Shown: positions 24,731 through 35,968, counted from the stretch's first letter. The stretch: DNA of 64,000 nt from Desulfobacterales bacterium (GCA_037481615.1 JBBFLI010000014.1), one strand, 5' to 3'. Notes: generated from the letters alone by a model not told the origin. A program made the numbers and translations.

Positions 24731-26386
24731 ATGGCAGAACGCATCATCGTCGATCCGATCACCCGTATCGAAGGACACCTGCGCATCGAGGTCGAAGTGT
24801 CCGGCGGCAAGGTGGTGAACGCCTGGAGCTCGGGGCAGATGTTCCGCGGGATTGAAGTCATCCTGCAGGGCCGGGATCCCCGCGACGCCCATCATTTCGT
24901 CCAGCGCTCCTGCGGGGTTTGCACCTACGTGCATGCCATCGCCTCAGTGCGCGCGGTGGATGACGCCGTCAAGGTGAAGATCCCCAAGAACGCGCGCCTC
25001 ATCCGCAACCTGCTCCTGGGCGCTCAGTACCAGCACGACCACATCGTCCATTTCTATCACCTGCACGCGCTCGATTGGGTGGATGTGGTGAGCGCACTCA
25101 AGGCCGACCCGGCCAAGACCGCCGCGCTCGCCGACAACGTGAGCAACGCCCCCTGGGGCGGGACGACGTACTTCAAGAACGTCCAGCAGCGGCTCAAGAC
25201 CTTCGTCGAGAGCGGCCAGCTCGGCCCCTTCGCCAACGCCTACTGGGGCCACCCGGCCTACAAGCTGCCGCCGGAGGCGAACCTCATGGCGGCGGCGCAC
25301 TACATCGAGGCCCTGCGCCTGCAGGCCAAAGCCGCGCGCATGCACGCCATCTTCGGCGGCAAGAACCCGCACCCGCAGTCGCTCGTGGTGGGCGGCGTCA
25401 CCTGCGCGGCGGATCTCACGGCCGAGCGCATCGCCGAGTTCCTCTACATCACCAAGGAAACCCACGATTTCGTGAAGAACGTCTACATCCCCGATCTGCT
25501 GGCCGTGGCCTCCTTCTACAAGGACTGGGGCGGGATCGGCCGCACGACGAACTTCCTCGCCTGGGGCGATTTCCCGCTGAGCGAAAAGGAGCCGGAGAGC
25601 CTCTTCATGCCGCGCGGCGTGATCTTCAAGCGCAACCTGGAAAAGCCGGTCATGGCCGACCCCGGCAAGGTGACCGAGCACGTCGCACGCTCCTGGTACG
25701 AAGGCACCCAGGCCCGGCATCCCTACCAGGGCGAGACCAAGCCGTTCCAGGGCGACCCCAAGTACGACACGGACTCGAAAGACGGCCGGTACTCTTGGCT
25801 CAAGGCGCCGCGCTACGAGGGCGAGCCCTGCGAGGTCGGCCCCCTGTCCCACGTGCTGGTGGGTTACGCCTACGGCCAGAAGGAGTGGAAGCAGCCGGTC
25901 GATCACGTGCTCAAGACCCTGAACATCCCCGCCGAGGCCCTCTTCTCGACGCTCGGCCGGACCGCGGCCCGCGGCATCGAAACGCTCGTCATCGGCGAGG
26001 CGATGCAGGGCTGGGTGATGGAGCTCGTCGAGAACATCAAGAAGGGGGACACCCAGACCTACGAGCCCTACGAGATGCCCGACAAGGCCCAGGGCGTCGG
26101 CCTGAACGACGTCCCCCGCGGCGCCCTCGGCCACTGGATCGTCATCGAGAACAAGAAGATCAAGAACTACCAGTATGTCGTCCCCTCCACCTGGAATCTC
26201 GCCCCCCGGTGCGCCGCCGGCAAGATGAGCCCGGTGGAGGAGGCGCTGATCGGCACCCCGATCGCCGACCCCAAGCGCCCGCTCGAGATCCTGCGCACGG
26301 TCCATTCCTACGACCCCTGCATCGCCTGCGCCGTGCACGTGATCGATCCGGACTCGAACGAAGTCTACAAGGTCCGCGCCGCCTGA
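24731..26386 (+). CDS. Periplasmic [NiFe] hydrogenase large subunit
   Basis: 551 aa. DPITRIEGH, RSCGVCTYVH (N-terminal Ni ligands), and C-terminal DPCIACAVH followed by a 15-aa cleavable extension. Cys, not Sec, at the Ni site. Confidence 0.95.
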   Translation: MAERIIVDPITRIEGHLRIEVEVSGGKVVNAWSSGQMFRGIEVILQGRDPRDAHHFVQRSCGVCTYVHAIASVRAVDDAVKVKIPKNARLIRNLLLGAQYQHDHIVHFYHLHALDWVDVVSALKADPAKTAALADNVSNAPWGGTTYFKNVQQRLKTFVESGQLGPFANAYWGHPAYKLPPEANLMAAAHYIEALRLQAKAARMHAIFGGKNPHPQSLVVGGVTCAADLTAERIAEFLYITKETHDFVKNVYIPDLLAVASFYKDWGGIGRTTNFLAWGDFPLSEKEPESLFMPRGVIFKRNLEKPVMADPGKVTEHVARSWYEGTQARHPYQGETKPFQGDPKYDTDSKDGRYSWLKAPRYEGEPCEVGPLSHVLVGYAYGQKEWKQPVDHVLKTLNIPAEALFSTLGRTAARGIETLVIGEAMQGWVMELVENIKKGDTQTYEPYEMPDKAQGVGLNDVPRGALGHWIVIENKKIKNYQYVVPSTWNLAPRCAAGKMSPVEEALIGTPIADPKRPLEILRTVHSYDPCIACAVHVIDPDSNEVYKVRAA

Positions 26387-26400
26387 GCCGGATCCCGACC

Positions 26401-26444
26401 GGCCTCCGGGCCGCCCCGCAACCGGGCGGCCCGGAGGCCTTTTT
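26401..26444 (+). terminator. Strong intrinsic terminator between hydrogenase structural and maturation genes
   Basis: Perfect 16-bp stem ggcctccgggccgccc (26401-26416) / gggcggcccggaggcc (26424-26439), 7-nt loop, T5 (26440-26444). Confidence 0.8.
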
Positions 26445-26452
26445 CATGGGCC

Positions 26453-27013
26453 ATGCCCGTCGTTTCCGACAATCCCTTCGACGCCGAAAACGCCCCCGAG
26501 ATCCTCGTTCTCGGCATCGGCTCGCTGCTGTTTTCCGACGACGGCTTCGGGATCCACGTCATCCGGCGGCTGGAGGCGGAATACGCCTTCCCCGACCGCG
26601 TGCACGTGGTCGACGGCGGGGTGCTGGGGGTCAACCTGCTGGGGGTCATCTCCAAGCCGCGGCACCTGATCGTGGTCGACGCCGTGCGCAACCGGGGAAA
26701 GCCGGGCGACCTCCACCGCATCGATCACGAGGAGATCCCCTCGCGCATCCGCGCCAAGAATTCGCTCCACCAGGTCGATTTCCTCGAAGCGCTCACCCTC
26801 TGCCAGGCTCTCGACAACGTGCCGCGGACGGTTATTTTGGGGGTCGAGCCCCAGGATGTCGAAACCCTCGGCCTCGAGCTTTCCCCGCCGGTGGCCGCGC
26901 AGGTCGAGCCCATGATCCGTCTCGTCCTCGCCGAGCTCGAGCGGCTGGGCGTCTCTTGGACCCGGAAGGATTCGGTTCCCGATGTGTCTTGCGATCCCTT
27001 CGCGCATCGTTGA
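26453..27013 (+). CDS. Hydrogenase maturation endopeptidase (HynC/HybD/HyaD family)
   Basis: 186 aa. ILVLGIGSLLFSDDGFGIHV...LIVVDAV...SLHQVDFLE matches the GxGNxxxxDDGxG / DA / H pattern of Ni-dependent C-terminal proteases. Confidence 0.85.
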   Translation: MPVVSDNPFDAENAPEILVLGIGSLLFSDDGFGIHVIRRLEAEYAFPDRVHVVDGGVLGVNLLGVISKPRHLIVVDAVRNRGKPGDLHRIDHEEIPSRIRAKNSLHQVDFLEALTLCQALDNVPRTVILGVEPQDVETLGLELSPPVAAQVEPMIRLVLAELERLGVSWTRKDSVPDVSCDPFAHR

Positions 27014-27242
27014 GATCCAGGACGGCATGGCCGTGATCGACGTGGACGGGGTGCGCCGCGAGTGCAGCCTGCTTCTGCTCGAGAACGCCGCCGTCGGCGA
27101 CTGGGTCATCGTGCATGCGGGATTCGCCATCTCGCGCATCGACGAGGAGGCGGCCCGCGAGACGCTCTCTCTCCTGCGCGAGGCCGCCGCACGCGTCGCC
27201 GAGCGGCCCTCGGAGGAGGAGCCCCCGGCCGGGGGGGGATAA
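26982..27242 (+). CDS. hypC: Hydrogenase assembly chaperone HypC/HupF family
   Basis: 86 aa starting MCLAIPSRIVEI (essential Cys2). 32-nt overlap with the protease gene. Confidence 0.9.
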   Translation: MCLAIPSRIVEIQDGMAVIDVDGVRRECSLLLLENAAVGDWVIVHAGFAISRIDEEAARETLSLLREAAARVAERPSEEEPPAGGG

Positions 27243-27246
27243 GGCC

Positions 27247-29520
27247 ATGGACGCGCGGCTTGCGGCGCGCCGGCTGCTGGTGAACGGCATCGTCCAGGGG
27301 GTGGGCTTCCGGCCCTTCGTCTATCAGCTGGCGCTGCGCCACGGCTTGAAGGGCGAGGTCGGGAACACCTCCGAGGGGGTGCAAATCGACATCGAAGGCC
27401 CCCCCGAAAAGCTCGCCGCCTTTGAAGCCGAGCTCGTCTCCCGCACCCCGCCGCTCGCCCGGATCACGGAGCTCCGCGCGGCCGACGGGGAGGTGCGCGG
27501 TCTGCAAACCTTCCGCATCGCGGAGAGCCGCCGCGGCACCTCCATGGAGACCCTGATTCCGCCGGATGTCGCCGTCTGCGCCGACTGCCTGGCCGAACTC
27601 TTCGACCCCCACGACCGCCGCTTCCGCTACGCCTTCATCAATTGCACCAACTGCGGGCCCCGCTACACGATCATCGAGGACATCCCCTACGACCGGCCCA
27701 AGACCTCGATGCGCGATTTCCCGATGTGCGCGGCCTGCCGCGCCGAGTACGAGGACCCCGCCGACCGCCGCTTCCACGCCCAGCCGAACGCCTGCCCGGT
27801 CTGCGGGCCGCGGCTCGAGCTCCGCAGCGCCGCGGGCGAACGGGTGGAGGCCGCCGACCCCGTCGCCGCCGCGGCGGCGCTGCTCCGGGAGGGCGCGGTC
27901 CTCGCCGTGAAAGGCCTGGGGGGCTTCCACCTCGCGGTCGACGCCTTCGACGCCCGGGCGGTCGCGCGGCTGCGCGAACGCAAGCGCCGCGAGGAAAAGC
28001 CGCTCGCCGTCATGTCGCCCGACCTCGCCGCGGTCCGCGCATACGCCTTCGTGGAGGAGGAGGAAGGCCGGCTGCTGTCCTCCCCCGAGCGTCCGATCGT
28101 GCTCCTGCGCAAGCGGCCCGAGAGCCCGCTCGCCGCCGGGGTCGCCCCGCGCAACCGTGATGTGGGGGTGCTGCTCCCCTACACGCCGCTCCATCACCTG
28201 CTGCTCGCCGAGGGGTTCTCCGCGCTCGTGATGACGAGCGGCAACCTGAGCGAGGAGCCGATCGCCTCGGGGAACGAGGAGGCGCTCGCGCGGCTCTCGG
28301 GGATCGCCGACGCCTTTCTCCTCCACGACCGCGGGATCGTGCGGCGCTGCGACGACTCGGTCGTCCGTCGGGTCGCGGGCAAAACGCGTTTCGTCCGTCG
28401 GGCGCGGGGCTACGTGCCGCGGCCGGTCTTTCTCTCCCGGCGGCTGCCGCCGCTGCTCGCCGTGGGCGCGGAGCTCAAGAACACGGTCTGCCTCGTCAAA
28501 GGCGACCGCGCCTTCCTCAGCCCCCACATCGGGGACCTCGAGAACCTCGCGACCTACGAGGCGTTCTGCGAGACGATCGCCCACCTCGAGCGCGTCCTCG
28601 AAATCCGCCCCGAAATCCTCGCCTGCGACCTGCACCCCGACTACCTGAGCACCCGCTGGGCCGAGGAACGGTCGGGGGTGGCCCTGCGGCGCGTGCAGCA
28701 CCACCACGCCCACGTCGCCGCCTGCATGGCCGAGCACGGCCTCGAGGGCCCGGTGATCGGCATCGCCTGCGACGGCACGGGCTACGGCCCCGACGGGACG
28801 GTCTGGGGCGGAGAAGTGCTCGCCGCGGACACCGTGGGCTTCGAACGCCTGGCGCATCTCGCCTGCGTTCCCATGCCCGGGGGAACGGCCGCGATCCGCG
28901 AGCCCTGGCGCATGGCGGTGAGCCACCTGCAGGCCGCCTACGGAAGCGGGTTTTCCCGCCTGGAGTTGCCCTTCCTCGCGGAAGTGGGGGCGGAAAAGAT
29001 CCGCGCGGCGGCGGCCCTCGGGGCCTCCGGGATCAATTCCCCGCTCACCTCCAGCCTCGGGCGGCTCTTCGACGCCGTGGCCGCGATCGTGGGGCTGCGC
29101 CGCCGGGTGGCCTTCGAGGGGCAGGCGGCGATGGAGCTCGAGATGGAGGCGGCCGAGGGGGTGGAGGACGCCTACGAGACGGAATGGGAGGAGGGTTCGC
29201 CGCGGCGCATCCTGCCCGAGCCGATCCTGCGCGGGGTGGTGGCGGACGTGCTCCGCGGGCGGCCTGCCTCCGAGATCAGCGCCCGCTTCCACAACGGGCT
29301 GGTGCGGCTCTTCGTGCGCCTTTGCCGGCGCATCCGCGCGGAACGGGGGCTCTCGCGGGTGGTGCTGAGCGGGGGGGTGTTCCAGAACGCCCGGCTGCTC
29401 GCGGATCTGAGCTGCGGCCTTGCCGCGGCGGGCTTTGCGGTGTACAGCCACGAACAGGTCCCGACGAACGACGGCGGCATCGCCCTCGGCCAGGCGCTGA
29501 TCGCGGGCTCCGCCGCCTGA
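27247..29520 (+). CDS. hypF: Carbamoyltransferase HypF
   Basis: ATG 27247. Acylphosphatase-like N-terminus (VNGIVQGVGFRPFVYQLA), two Zn-finger pairs (CADCLAEL...CTNCGPRYT; CAACRAEY...CPVCGP), then YrdC-like and Kae1-like domains. Confidence 0.95.
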   Translation: MDARLAARRLLVNGIVQGVGFRPFVYQLALRHGLKGEVGNTSEGVQIDIEGPPEKLAAFEAELVSRTPPLARITELRAADGEVRGLQTFRIAESRRGTSMETLIPPDVAVCADCLAELFDPHDRRFRYAFINCTNCGPRYTIIEDIPYDRPKTSMRDFPMCAACRAEYEDPADRRFHAQPNACPVCGPRLELRSAAGERVEAADPVAAAAALLREGAVLAVKGLGGFHLAVDAFDARAVARLRERKRREEKPLAVMSPDLAAVRAYAFVEEEEGRLLSSPERPIVLLRKRPESPLAAGVAPRNRDVGVLLPYTPLHHLLLAEGFSALVMTSGNLSEEPIASGNEEALARLSGIADAFLLHDRGIVRRCDDSVVRRVAGKTRFVRRARGYVPRPVFLSRRLPPLLAVGAELKNTVCLVKGDRAFLSPHIGDLENLATYEAFCETIAHLERVLEIRPEILACDLHPDYLSTRWAEERSGVALRRVQHHHAHVAACMAEHGLEGPVIGIACDGTGYGPDGTVWGGEVLAADTVGFERLAHLACVPMPGGTAAIREPWRMAVSHLQAAYGSGFSRLELPFLAEVGAEKIRAAAALGASGINSPLTSSLGRLFDAVAAIVGLRRRVAFEGQAAMELEMEAAEGVEDAYETEWEEGSPRRILPEPILRGVVADVLRGRPASEISARFHNGLVRLFVRLCRRIRAERGLSRVVLSGGVFQNARLLADLSCGLAAAGFAVYSHEQVPTNDGGIALGQALIAGSAA

Positions 29521-29561
29521 AGCCGGGGCGCATCGTTTCTTCCGGGGAGACCTGCACATCC

Positions 29562-30665
29562 ATGGCCGACCGCCACAGCGCCGAATACCGCGACGCGACG
29601 CTCGTGCGTGAACTCGCCGGCCGCATCCGGCGCCGCAGCCGACGGCCGCTGCGCATCATGGAGGTCTGCGGCACGCACACGGTTTCGATCTTCCGCCACG
29701 GGATCCGGAGCCTCCTGCCGGAGACGATCACGCTGCTCTCCGGGCCCGGCTGCCCGGTCTGCGTGACCGACACCTCCGAGATCGACGCCTGCATCGCGCT
29801 CGCCCGGCGGCCGGAAGTCCTCGTCGCCACCTACGGCGATCTCCTGCGCGTGCCCGGGAGCCGTTCCTCGCTCGAGCGCGAACGGGCGGGCGGAAGCGCG
29901 GTGCGGGTCGTCTACTCCGCCCTCGATGCCGTCGCGCTCGCCCGGCGCCACCCCGACCGCGAGGTCGTCTTTCTCGGCATCGGCTTCGAGACGACCGCCC
30001 CTACCGTAGCCGCGGCCCTGCTCGCCGCGCATCGAGCGGGGCTTTCCAACTTCAGCGTGCTCTGCCTGCACAAGACCGTCCCCCCGGCGCTCGCCGCGCT
30101 GACCGCGCTCGGCGACGTCCGGATCGACGCCTTCCTGCTTCCGGGCCATGTCTCCGTCGTCATCGGCCGCCGGGCCTATCTTCCCTTTTTCGAGCGCACG
30201 CGGCTTCCCTGCGCGATCGCCGGCTTCGAGCCGGTCGACATCCTGCAGGCCGTGGCCGCGCTCGTCGACCAAGCCGAGAGCGGGAAGCCGGCCGTGGAGA
30301 ACACCTACCGCCGGGCCGTGGCCGAGGAGGGCAACCCCGCCGCACAGCGCGTGCTCGCGGAGGTCTTTGAGCCGGCCGATGCGCGCTGGCGCGGCCTGGG
30401 CGCCATTGCCGGGAGCGGTCTTGCGATCCGCCCCGCCTTTGCGGCCTTCGACGCGGCGCGTCGTTTTTCCCTGGATCGCGCCCCGGTTGCCGAGCCGCGG
30501 GGCTGCGCCTGCGGGGAGATCCTCACCGCGCGCAAGACCCCCCTTGAATGCCCGCTCTACGGGACCCGCTGCACGCCCGCGGACCCCGTCGGCCCCTGCA
30601 TGGTCTCGAGCGAGGGCACCTGCGCGGCCTACTTCCGCTACCACGACGTCTCCCCCGGAGGATGA
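29562..30665 (+). CDS. hypD: Hydrogenase maturation factor HypD
   Basis: ATG 29562. MEVCGTHT, GPGCPVCVT and GFETTAP motifs. Confidence 0.95.
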   Translation: MADRHSAEYRDATLVRELAGRIRRRSRRPLRIMEVCGTHTVSIFRHGIRSLLPETITLLSGPGCPVCVTDTSEIDACIALARRPEVLVATYGDLLRVPGSRSSLERERAGGSAVRVVYSALDAVALARRHPDREVVFLGIGFETTAPTVAAALLAAHRAGLSNFSVLCLHKTVPPALAALTALGDVRIDAFLLPGHVSVVIGRRAYLPFFERTRLPCAIAGFEPVDILQAVAALVDQAESGKPAVENTYRRAVAEEGNPAAQRVLAEVFEPADARWRGLGAIAGSGLAIRPAFAAFDAARRFSLDRAPVAEPRGCACGEILTARKTPLECPLYGTRCTPADPVGPCMVSSEGTCAAYFRYHDVSPGG

Positions 30666-30668
30666 GGC

Positions 30669-31685
<1,017 letters not shown>

Positions 31686-31695
31686 AGCCTCCGCC

Positions 31696-32766
31696 ATGTC
31701 CCGCCTCTTCCGGCCCGGATCCCTGTTTTTCCTCGGCCTCGTTCTAAGCGCCGCGGCGACCTTCGGGTGTGCCCCCCGCACCGAGCACGTCCTCTCCGGC
31801 CGCACCATGGGAACCACCTACACCGTGAAGCTGGTCGGCCGACCCTGGAGCGGCACGGAGAGCCTGAAGAAAAAAATCGACCGCCGGCTCGAGGAGCTGA
31901 ACCGCATCTTTTCCCCCTACCTGGCCGACAGCGAGATCAGCCGCTTCAACCGCTTCGCCGTGGCCGGCGAGGCCTTTGCCGTCTCCGCGGAGTTCCGGCG
32001 CGTCTTCGAAGCCTCCGCGCAGGTGTACGCCTGGTCGCGGGGCGCCTTCGATCCCACCGTAGGGCCGCTCGTCGATCTGTGGGGCTTCGGCCGGGGGCCG
32101 GCGCGGCGCGCTCCCCCCGCCGAAGAGGAGATCGCCGCCGCGCGCGCCGCAGTCGGTCTCACGCGGGTTGCGCTGCGCGGCGAGGAGGGCCTGGTGAAGG
32201 AAGATCCGCGCCTGGCCCTCGATTTCTCGGCCATCGCCAAGGGTTACGGGGTCGACGAGACGGCCCGCCTGCTTCGTGCGGCCGGCTGGCGCGATTTCCT
32301 GGTCGAGATCGGCGGCGAGCTCTACGCCTCCGGCCGCCGTGCGGACGGCTCCCCCTGGCGCGTCGGCATCGCCCGCCCCGATAGCCGCGCCCGGCCCGAC
32401 GACGTCTACCGGGTGGTGGAAGTGAGCGATGCGGCGCTCGCCACGAGCGGCGACTACCGCCAGTTTTTCCTCTTCGAAGGCCGGCGCTACACCCACGTCA
32501 TCGACCCGACGACCGGACGCCCCGTCAGCAACGGGGTGGTCAGCGTCACCGTGCTTGCCCCCGACTGCACGACGGCCGATGCCCTGGCGACGGCCGTCAT
32601 GGTCCTGGGTGCGGACGAGGGGCTCGCCCTGCTCGAGAGGCTGGAGGCCGTCGAGGGGCTGCTCGTGGTGGAGACGGCCGAAGGCGGTTTCCTCGACCGG
32701 CCGACCTCCGGCTTCCCCCTGGCGGGAGGATCCGGGCTCGTTGACAGAAAACGGCCCGCTCCTTAA
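31696..32766 (+). CDS. apbE: FAD:protein FMN transferase (ApbE family lipoprotein)
   Basis: 356 aa. Lipobox ATFGC. RTMGTTYTVKL..., AFDPTVGPLVDLWGFG, SAIAKGYGVD and LATSGDYRQFF motifs typical of ApbE. Confidence 0.85.
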   Translation: MSRLFRPGSLFFLGLVLSAAATFGCAPRTEHVLSGRTMGTTYTVKLVGRPWSGTESLKKKIDRRLEELNRIFSPYLADSEISRFNRFAVAGEAFAVSAEFRRVFEASAQVYAWSRGAFDPTVGPLVDLWGFGRGPARRAPPAEEEIAAARAAVGLTRVALRGEEGLVKEDPRLALDFSAIAKGYGVDETARLLRAAGWRDFLVEIGGELYASGRRADGSPWRVGIARPDSRARPDDVYRVVEVSDAALATSGDYRQFFLFEGRRYTHVIDPTTGRPVSNGVVSVTVLAPDCTTADALATAVMVLGADEGLALLERLEAVEGLLVVETAEGGFLDRPTSGFPLAGGSGLVDRKRPAP

Positions 32767-32799
32767 CCTCTGACCATCCCCCCGGTACGTCGTCCGCGG

Positions 32800-34218
32800 A
32801 TGCCGCACCGGAAACCCGAAACCGTTCTCTCGCTCATGGCACCCCCTGCTTCTCAGCCCCGCCGGCGCGACAAGCCGGGAACCCTCTGCCTGGTGAGCTT
32901 GGGCTGCGCCAAGAACCAGGTGGACAGCGAACTCATGCTGGGCCGGTTGCGGCAGGCGGGCTGGCGACTGACCGACCGCCCCGAAGAGGCCCAGGTGATC
33001 GTCGTCAACACCTGCAGCTTCATCGAGGATGCGGCGCAGGAGTCGATCGAGACCATTCTCGAGCTCGCCCGGCTCAAACAGAGCGGCTGTTGCCGCCGGC
33101 TCGTCGTCACCGGATGCCTTCCCGAGCGTTACCGCGAAAAGATCGTCCCCGAACTCCCCGAAGTCGACCTCTTTCTCGGCACCGCGGCGCTCGACCGCAT
33201 CGTGGACGCGGTGGGCGGGCGCCGGGCCCGGGGGAAGACCCTGCTCCCCGACCCCGACACGCTGCCCGTCGGCGCGTTCAACGCCGATCGGGTGCTGACG
33301 ACCCCGCACACGGCCTATCTGAAGGTCGCCGAGGGCTGCGACCGGCGCTGCACCTTCTGCATCATCCCCCGCCTGCGGGGCCGCCAGCGCAGCCGTCCCC
33401 CCGAGGACATCCTCGCCGAGGCGCGCGACCTGCTCGAGCGCGGGGTGAAGGAGTTGAACCTCGTTGCGCAGGATACCACCCACTACGGCAGGGATCTCCA
33501 GCCGCCCGTCCCGCTCGCCGCGCTGCTGCACCACCTCGCCGGGGCCTGCGGCGCGGCCGGCCGCCGGGACCCCTGGATCCGCGTTCTCTACGGGCACCCC
33601 GAGAGCATCGACGAGGCGTTCATCCGCGCCGTGGCCGAGCTCCCCCAGGTCTGCCCCTACTTCGATCTGCCCATCCAGCACGCCAGCGACCGCGTGCTCC
33701 GGCGCATGGGACGGAACTACACGCGTGAGGGGCTGCGCCGCCTCTTCCGCCGCATCCGCGAGATCGTGCCCGACGCCTGCCTGCGGACCACGGTGATCAC
33801 CGGCTTCCCGGGGGAAACCGAGGACGACTTTCAGCAAGTCCTCGCCTTTGCCGAGGAGATCCGCTTTGACCATCTGGGCGCCTTCGTCTATTCTGACGCC
33901 GAGGATCTGCCCTCCCACCGGCTGCGCGACCCCGTGCCGCGGGAGACCGCCCAGGAACGCTACGACCAGCTGCTTTCGCTGCAGATGGACATCGCCGCCG
34001 AAAAGAACCAGCGTCACATCGACCGTGTGCTGCCGGTCCTGATCGAGGAGGACCTGGGGAACCGCATGTTTTCCGGCCGCACGATGTTCCAGGCCCCGGA
34101 GGTCGACGGGGTCACCTACGTCCAGGCGAAACCCGGAGTCCGGCTGCCGCGGGGGGCCTTCGTGCCGGCGCGGATCACCGACGTGATGGAATACGATCTT
34201 CTGGGGGAGGCGCTTTGA
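32800..34218 (+). CDS. rimO: Ribosomal protein S12 methylthiotransferase RimO
   Basis: LVSLGCAKNQVDSE (UPF0004), radical-SAM CDRRCTFCIIP, C-terminal TRAM. The start may be the ATG at 32836. Confidence 0.9.
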   Translation: MPHRKPETVLSLMAPPASQPRRRDKPGTLCLVSLGCAKNQVDSELMLGRLRQAGWRLTDRPEEAQVIVVNTCSFIEDAAQESIETILELARLKQSGCCRRLVVTGCLPERYREKIVPELPEVDLFLGTAALDRIVDAVGGRRARGKTLLPDPDTLPVGAFNADRVLTTPHTAYLKVAEGCDRRCTFCIIPRLRGRQRSRPPEDILAEARDLLERGVKELNLVAQDTTHYGRDLQPPVPLAALLHHLAGACGAAGRRDPWIRVLYGHPESIDEAFIRAVAELPQVCPYFDLPIQHASDRVLRRMGRNYTREGLRRLFRRIREIVPDACLRTTVITGFPGETEDDFQQVLAFAEEIRFDHLGAFVYSDAEDLPSHRLRDPVPRETAQERYDQLLSLQMDIAAEKNQRHIDRVLPVLIEEDLGNRMFSGRTMFQAPEVDGVTYVQAKPGVRLPRGAFVPARITDVMEYDLLGEAL

Positions 34219-35195
34219 ACGGTCTGAAGGCGCGGATCCTCGAGGCGGTCGAGACCGATCTACAGGCGATCGAGGCCGCGCTGGTCGCGAACCTGACGCC
34301 GCATCTCGAACTCGTGCGCGAGGTGGCCGGCCACATCCTCTTCAACGGCGGCAAGCGGATGCGGCCGCTGCTGCTCGTGCTTTCCGCGCGGCTCTGCGGC
34401 TATCGCGGCACCTACGATGTCGTCTTCTCGAGCGCGCTCGAGTACCTGCACGCGGCGACGCTGCTGCACGACGACCTCGTCGACGGCGCGGCGACGCGCC
34501 GCCGCAAGCCCGCCGCCCACCGCCTCTGGGGAAACGCGATCGCCGTGCTCGTGGGCGATTTCCTGCTCGCCCGCGCGCTTTCCCTCACCGCCGCGACGGG
34601 CGACCCGAAGATCGTGGCCGTGCTCGCCCGGCTGACCGAGGAGATGTCGCAGGGCGAAGTCCACCAGTTGCAGCGCAAGCGGGATCCCGCGCTCACCGAG
34701 GAGGAGTACTTCGAGGTCGTCCGCCGCAAGACGGCCGTGCTCTTCGAGGCGGCCTGCCGCGTGAGCGCTCTCCTCGCCCAGGCCCCCGCGGCGGCCGAAG
34801 AGGCGCTTTCCGCTTACGGCCTCGGACTCGGTTACGCGTTCCAGATCGCCGACGACCTGCTCGACTACACGGCCGATCCCGCACGGCTCGGCAAGGACGT
34901 GGGCAGCGACCTGCGCGAGGGCAAGATGACGCTCCCCCTGATCCGGGGGCTCGCCCTGGCCGGGGGGGAGGAGCGCGCGCGGATGATCGCCATGATCCGC
35001 GAGCCCGGGTTCACGGACACGGATTTCGCCTGGTTGCGCGGCCGGCTGGAAGAAAGCGGGGCGATCGCCTACGCCCGCCGGGCCGCCGAGACGCGGATCG
35101 CCGCGGCGAAGCGGCACCTGGAGGTCTTCCCCGCATCGCCCACGCGGCGGACGCTTGAGGATCTGGCCGACTATGCCCTGGAGCGAAGCCTGTAA
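34215..35195 (+). CDS. Polyprenyl diphosphate synthase (IspB-like)
   Basis: 326 aa. First and second Asp-rich motifs LLHDDLVDG and FQIADDLLDY. Confidence 0.9.
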   Translation: MNGLKARILEAVETDLQAIEAALVANLTPHLELVREVAGHILFNGGKRMRPLLLVLSARLCGYRGTYDVVFSSALEYLHAATLLHDDLVDGAATRRRKPAAHRLWGNAIAVLVGDFLLARALSLTAATGDPKIVAVLARLTEEMSQGEVHQLQRKRDPALTEEEYFEVVRRKTAVLFEAACRVSALLAQAPAAAEEALSAYGLGLGYAFQIADDLLDYTADPARLGKDVGSDLREGKMTLPLIRGLALAGGEERARMIAMIREPGFTDTDFAWLRGRLEESGAIAYARRAAETRIAAAKRHLEVFPASPTRRTLEDLADYALERSL

Positions 35196-35919
35196 GAGAG
35201 AGCCTCCGGAAGGGGGGGCCCGCTTGCCGTCTTGTCCCCATCACCCGGCGCTCTTCGCCCTTGCACTGCTTCTGGCGGGGATGCTTTTTGTCTGCCCGGC
35301 CCGCGCGCAGAAGGCCGACGAACTGCGAAGCATCGTCGCCGTCGGTCTCGCGCCGCAGTCGGGAGCGCCGGCGGCCGGCCGCGAGGCGGCGATCGCCGAC
35401 GCCATCCTCCGCGCCGTGGCCGCGGCGGCGTTCGAGTCCCTCCCGCCGGAGCGCCTCGCCGAGGGTTTCCGGCGGCTGAACGAGGAGGTCCTTTCCCGGC
35501 CGGGCGATTTCGTCCATGACTACCGCCTGCTCGCCGAGACCCCTTTCGGCCGCGAGCACCGCGTGTTGCTCCAGGTCACCGTGAACGAGCGGCTCCTGCG
35601 GGGGCGGCTGGCCTCCGCGGGGATCGGCCCCGCGGAAGGCCCTGCGGCCGAAGATGTCCGGCAGATCCCGATGAGCGTCGAGGGGAGCGCGCAGCTCGCC
35701 CACTTCGTGCGGTTCCGTCGGGCGCTTCTCGAAATCCCCGGCGTCGAGGGGATCCAGGTGCAGGAGATCCGCGGCCACGAGACCGCGCTCGTGGTCGCCT
35801 TTCGCGGCGAGGCCGGGGAACTCGCCCGACGGCTGGCCGCGAAATCCTTTGACGCCTTCACCGTCGCGGTCAGCGAGAGACCCGACGGAGGGTTGCGGGC
35901 CCTCCTCGCCCCCCGCTGA
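35155..35919 (+). CDS. Hypothetical secreted protein (start uncertain)
   Basis: Track ORF of 254 aa overlaps the previous gene. A hydrophobic signal-like segment (ALFALALLLAGMLFVCPARA) suggests a true start near 35224. No recognised domain. Confidence 0.4.
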   Translation: MRIWPTMPWSEACKREPPEGGARLPSCPHHPALFALALLLAGMLFVCPARAQKADELRSIVAVGLAPQSGAPAAGREAAIADAILRAVAAAAFESLPPERLAEGFRRLNEEVLSRPGDFVHDYRLLAETPFGREHRVLLQVTVNERLLRGRLASAGIGPAEGPAAEDVRQIPMSVEGSAQLAHFVRFRRALLEIPGVEGIQVQEIRGHETALVVAFRGEAGELARRLAAKSFDAFTVAVSERPDGGLRALLAPR

Positions 35920-35968
35920 CCGGCCCGGGGAAAGGCGGCCGACCCCCGGAGGCAAGCGCCAGGAAGGC

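Noticed and set aside
24731-26386. Possibility that the hydrogenase is a [NiFeSe] enzyme with a selenocysteine codon
   Set aside because: The reading frame is uninterrupted, and the C-terminal motif reads DPCIACAVH with a Cys codon at the position that is TGA/Sec in NiFeSe enzymes.
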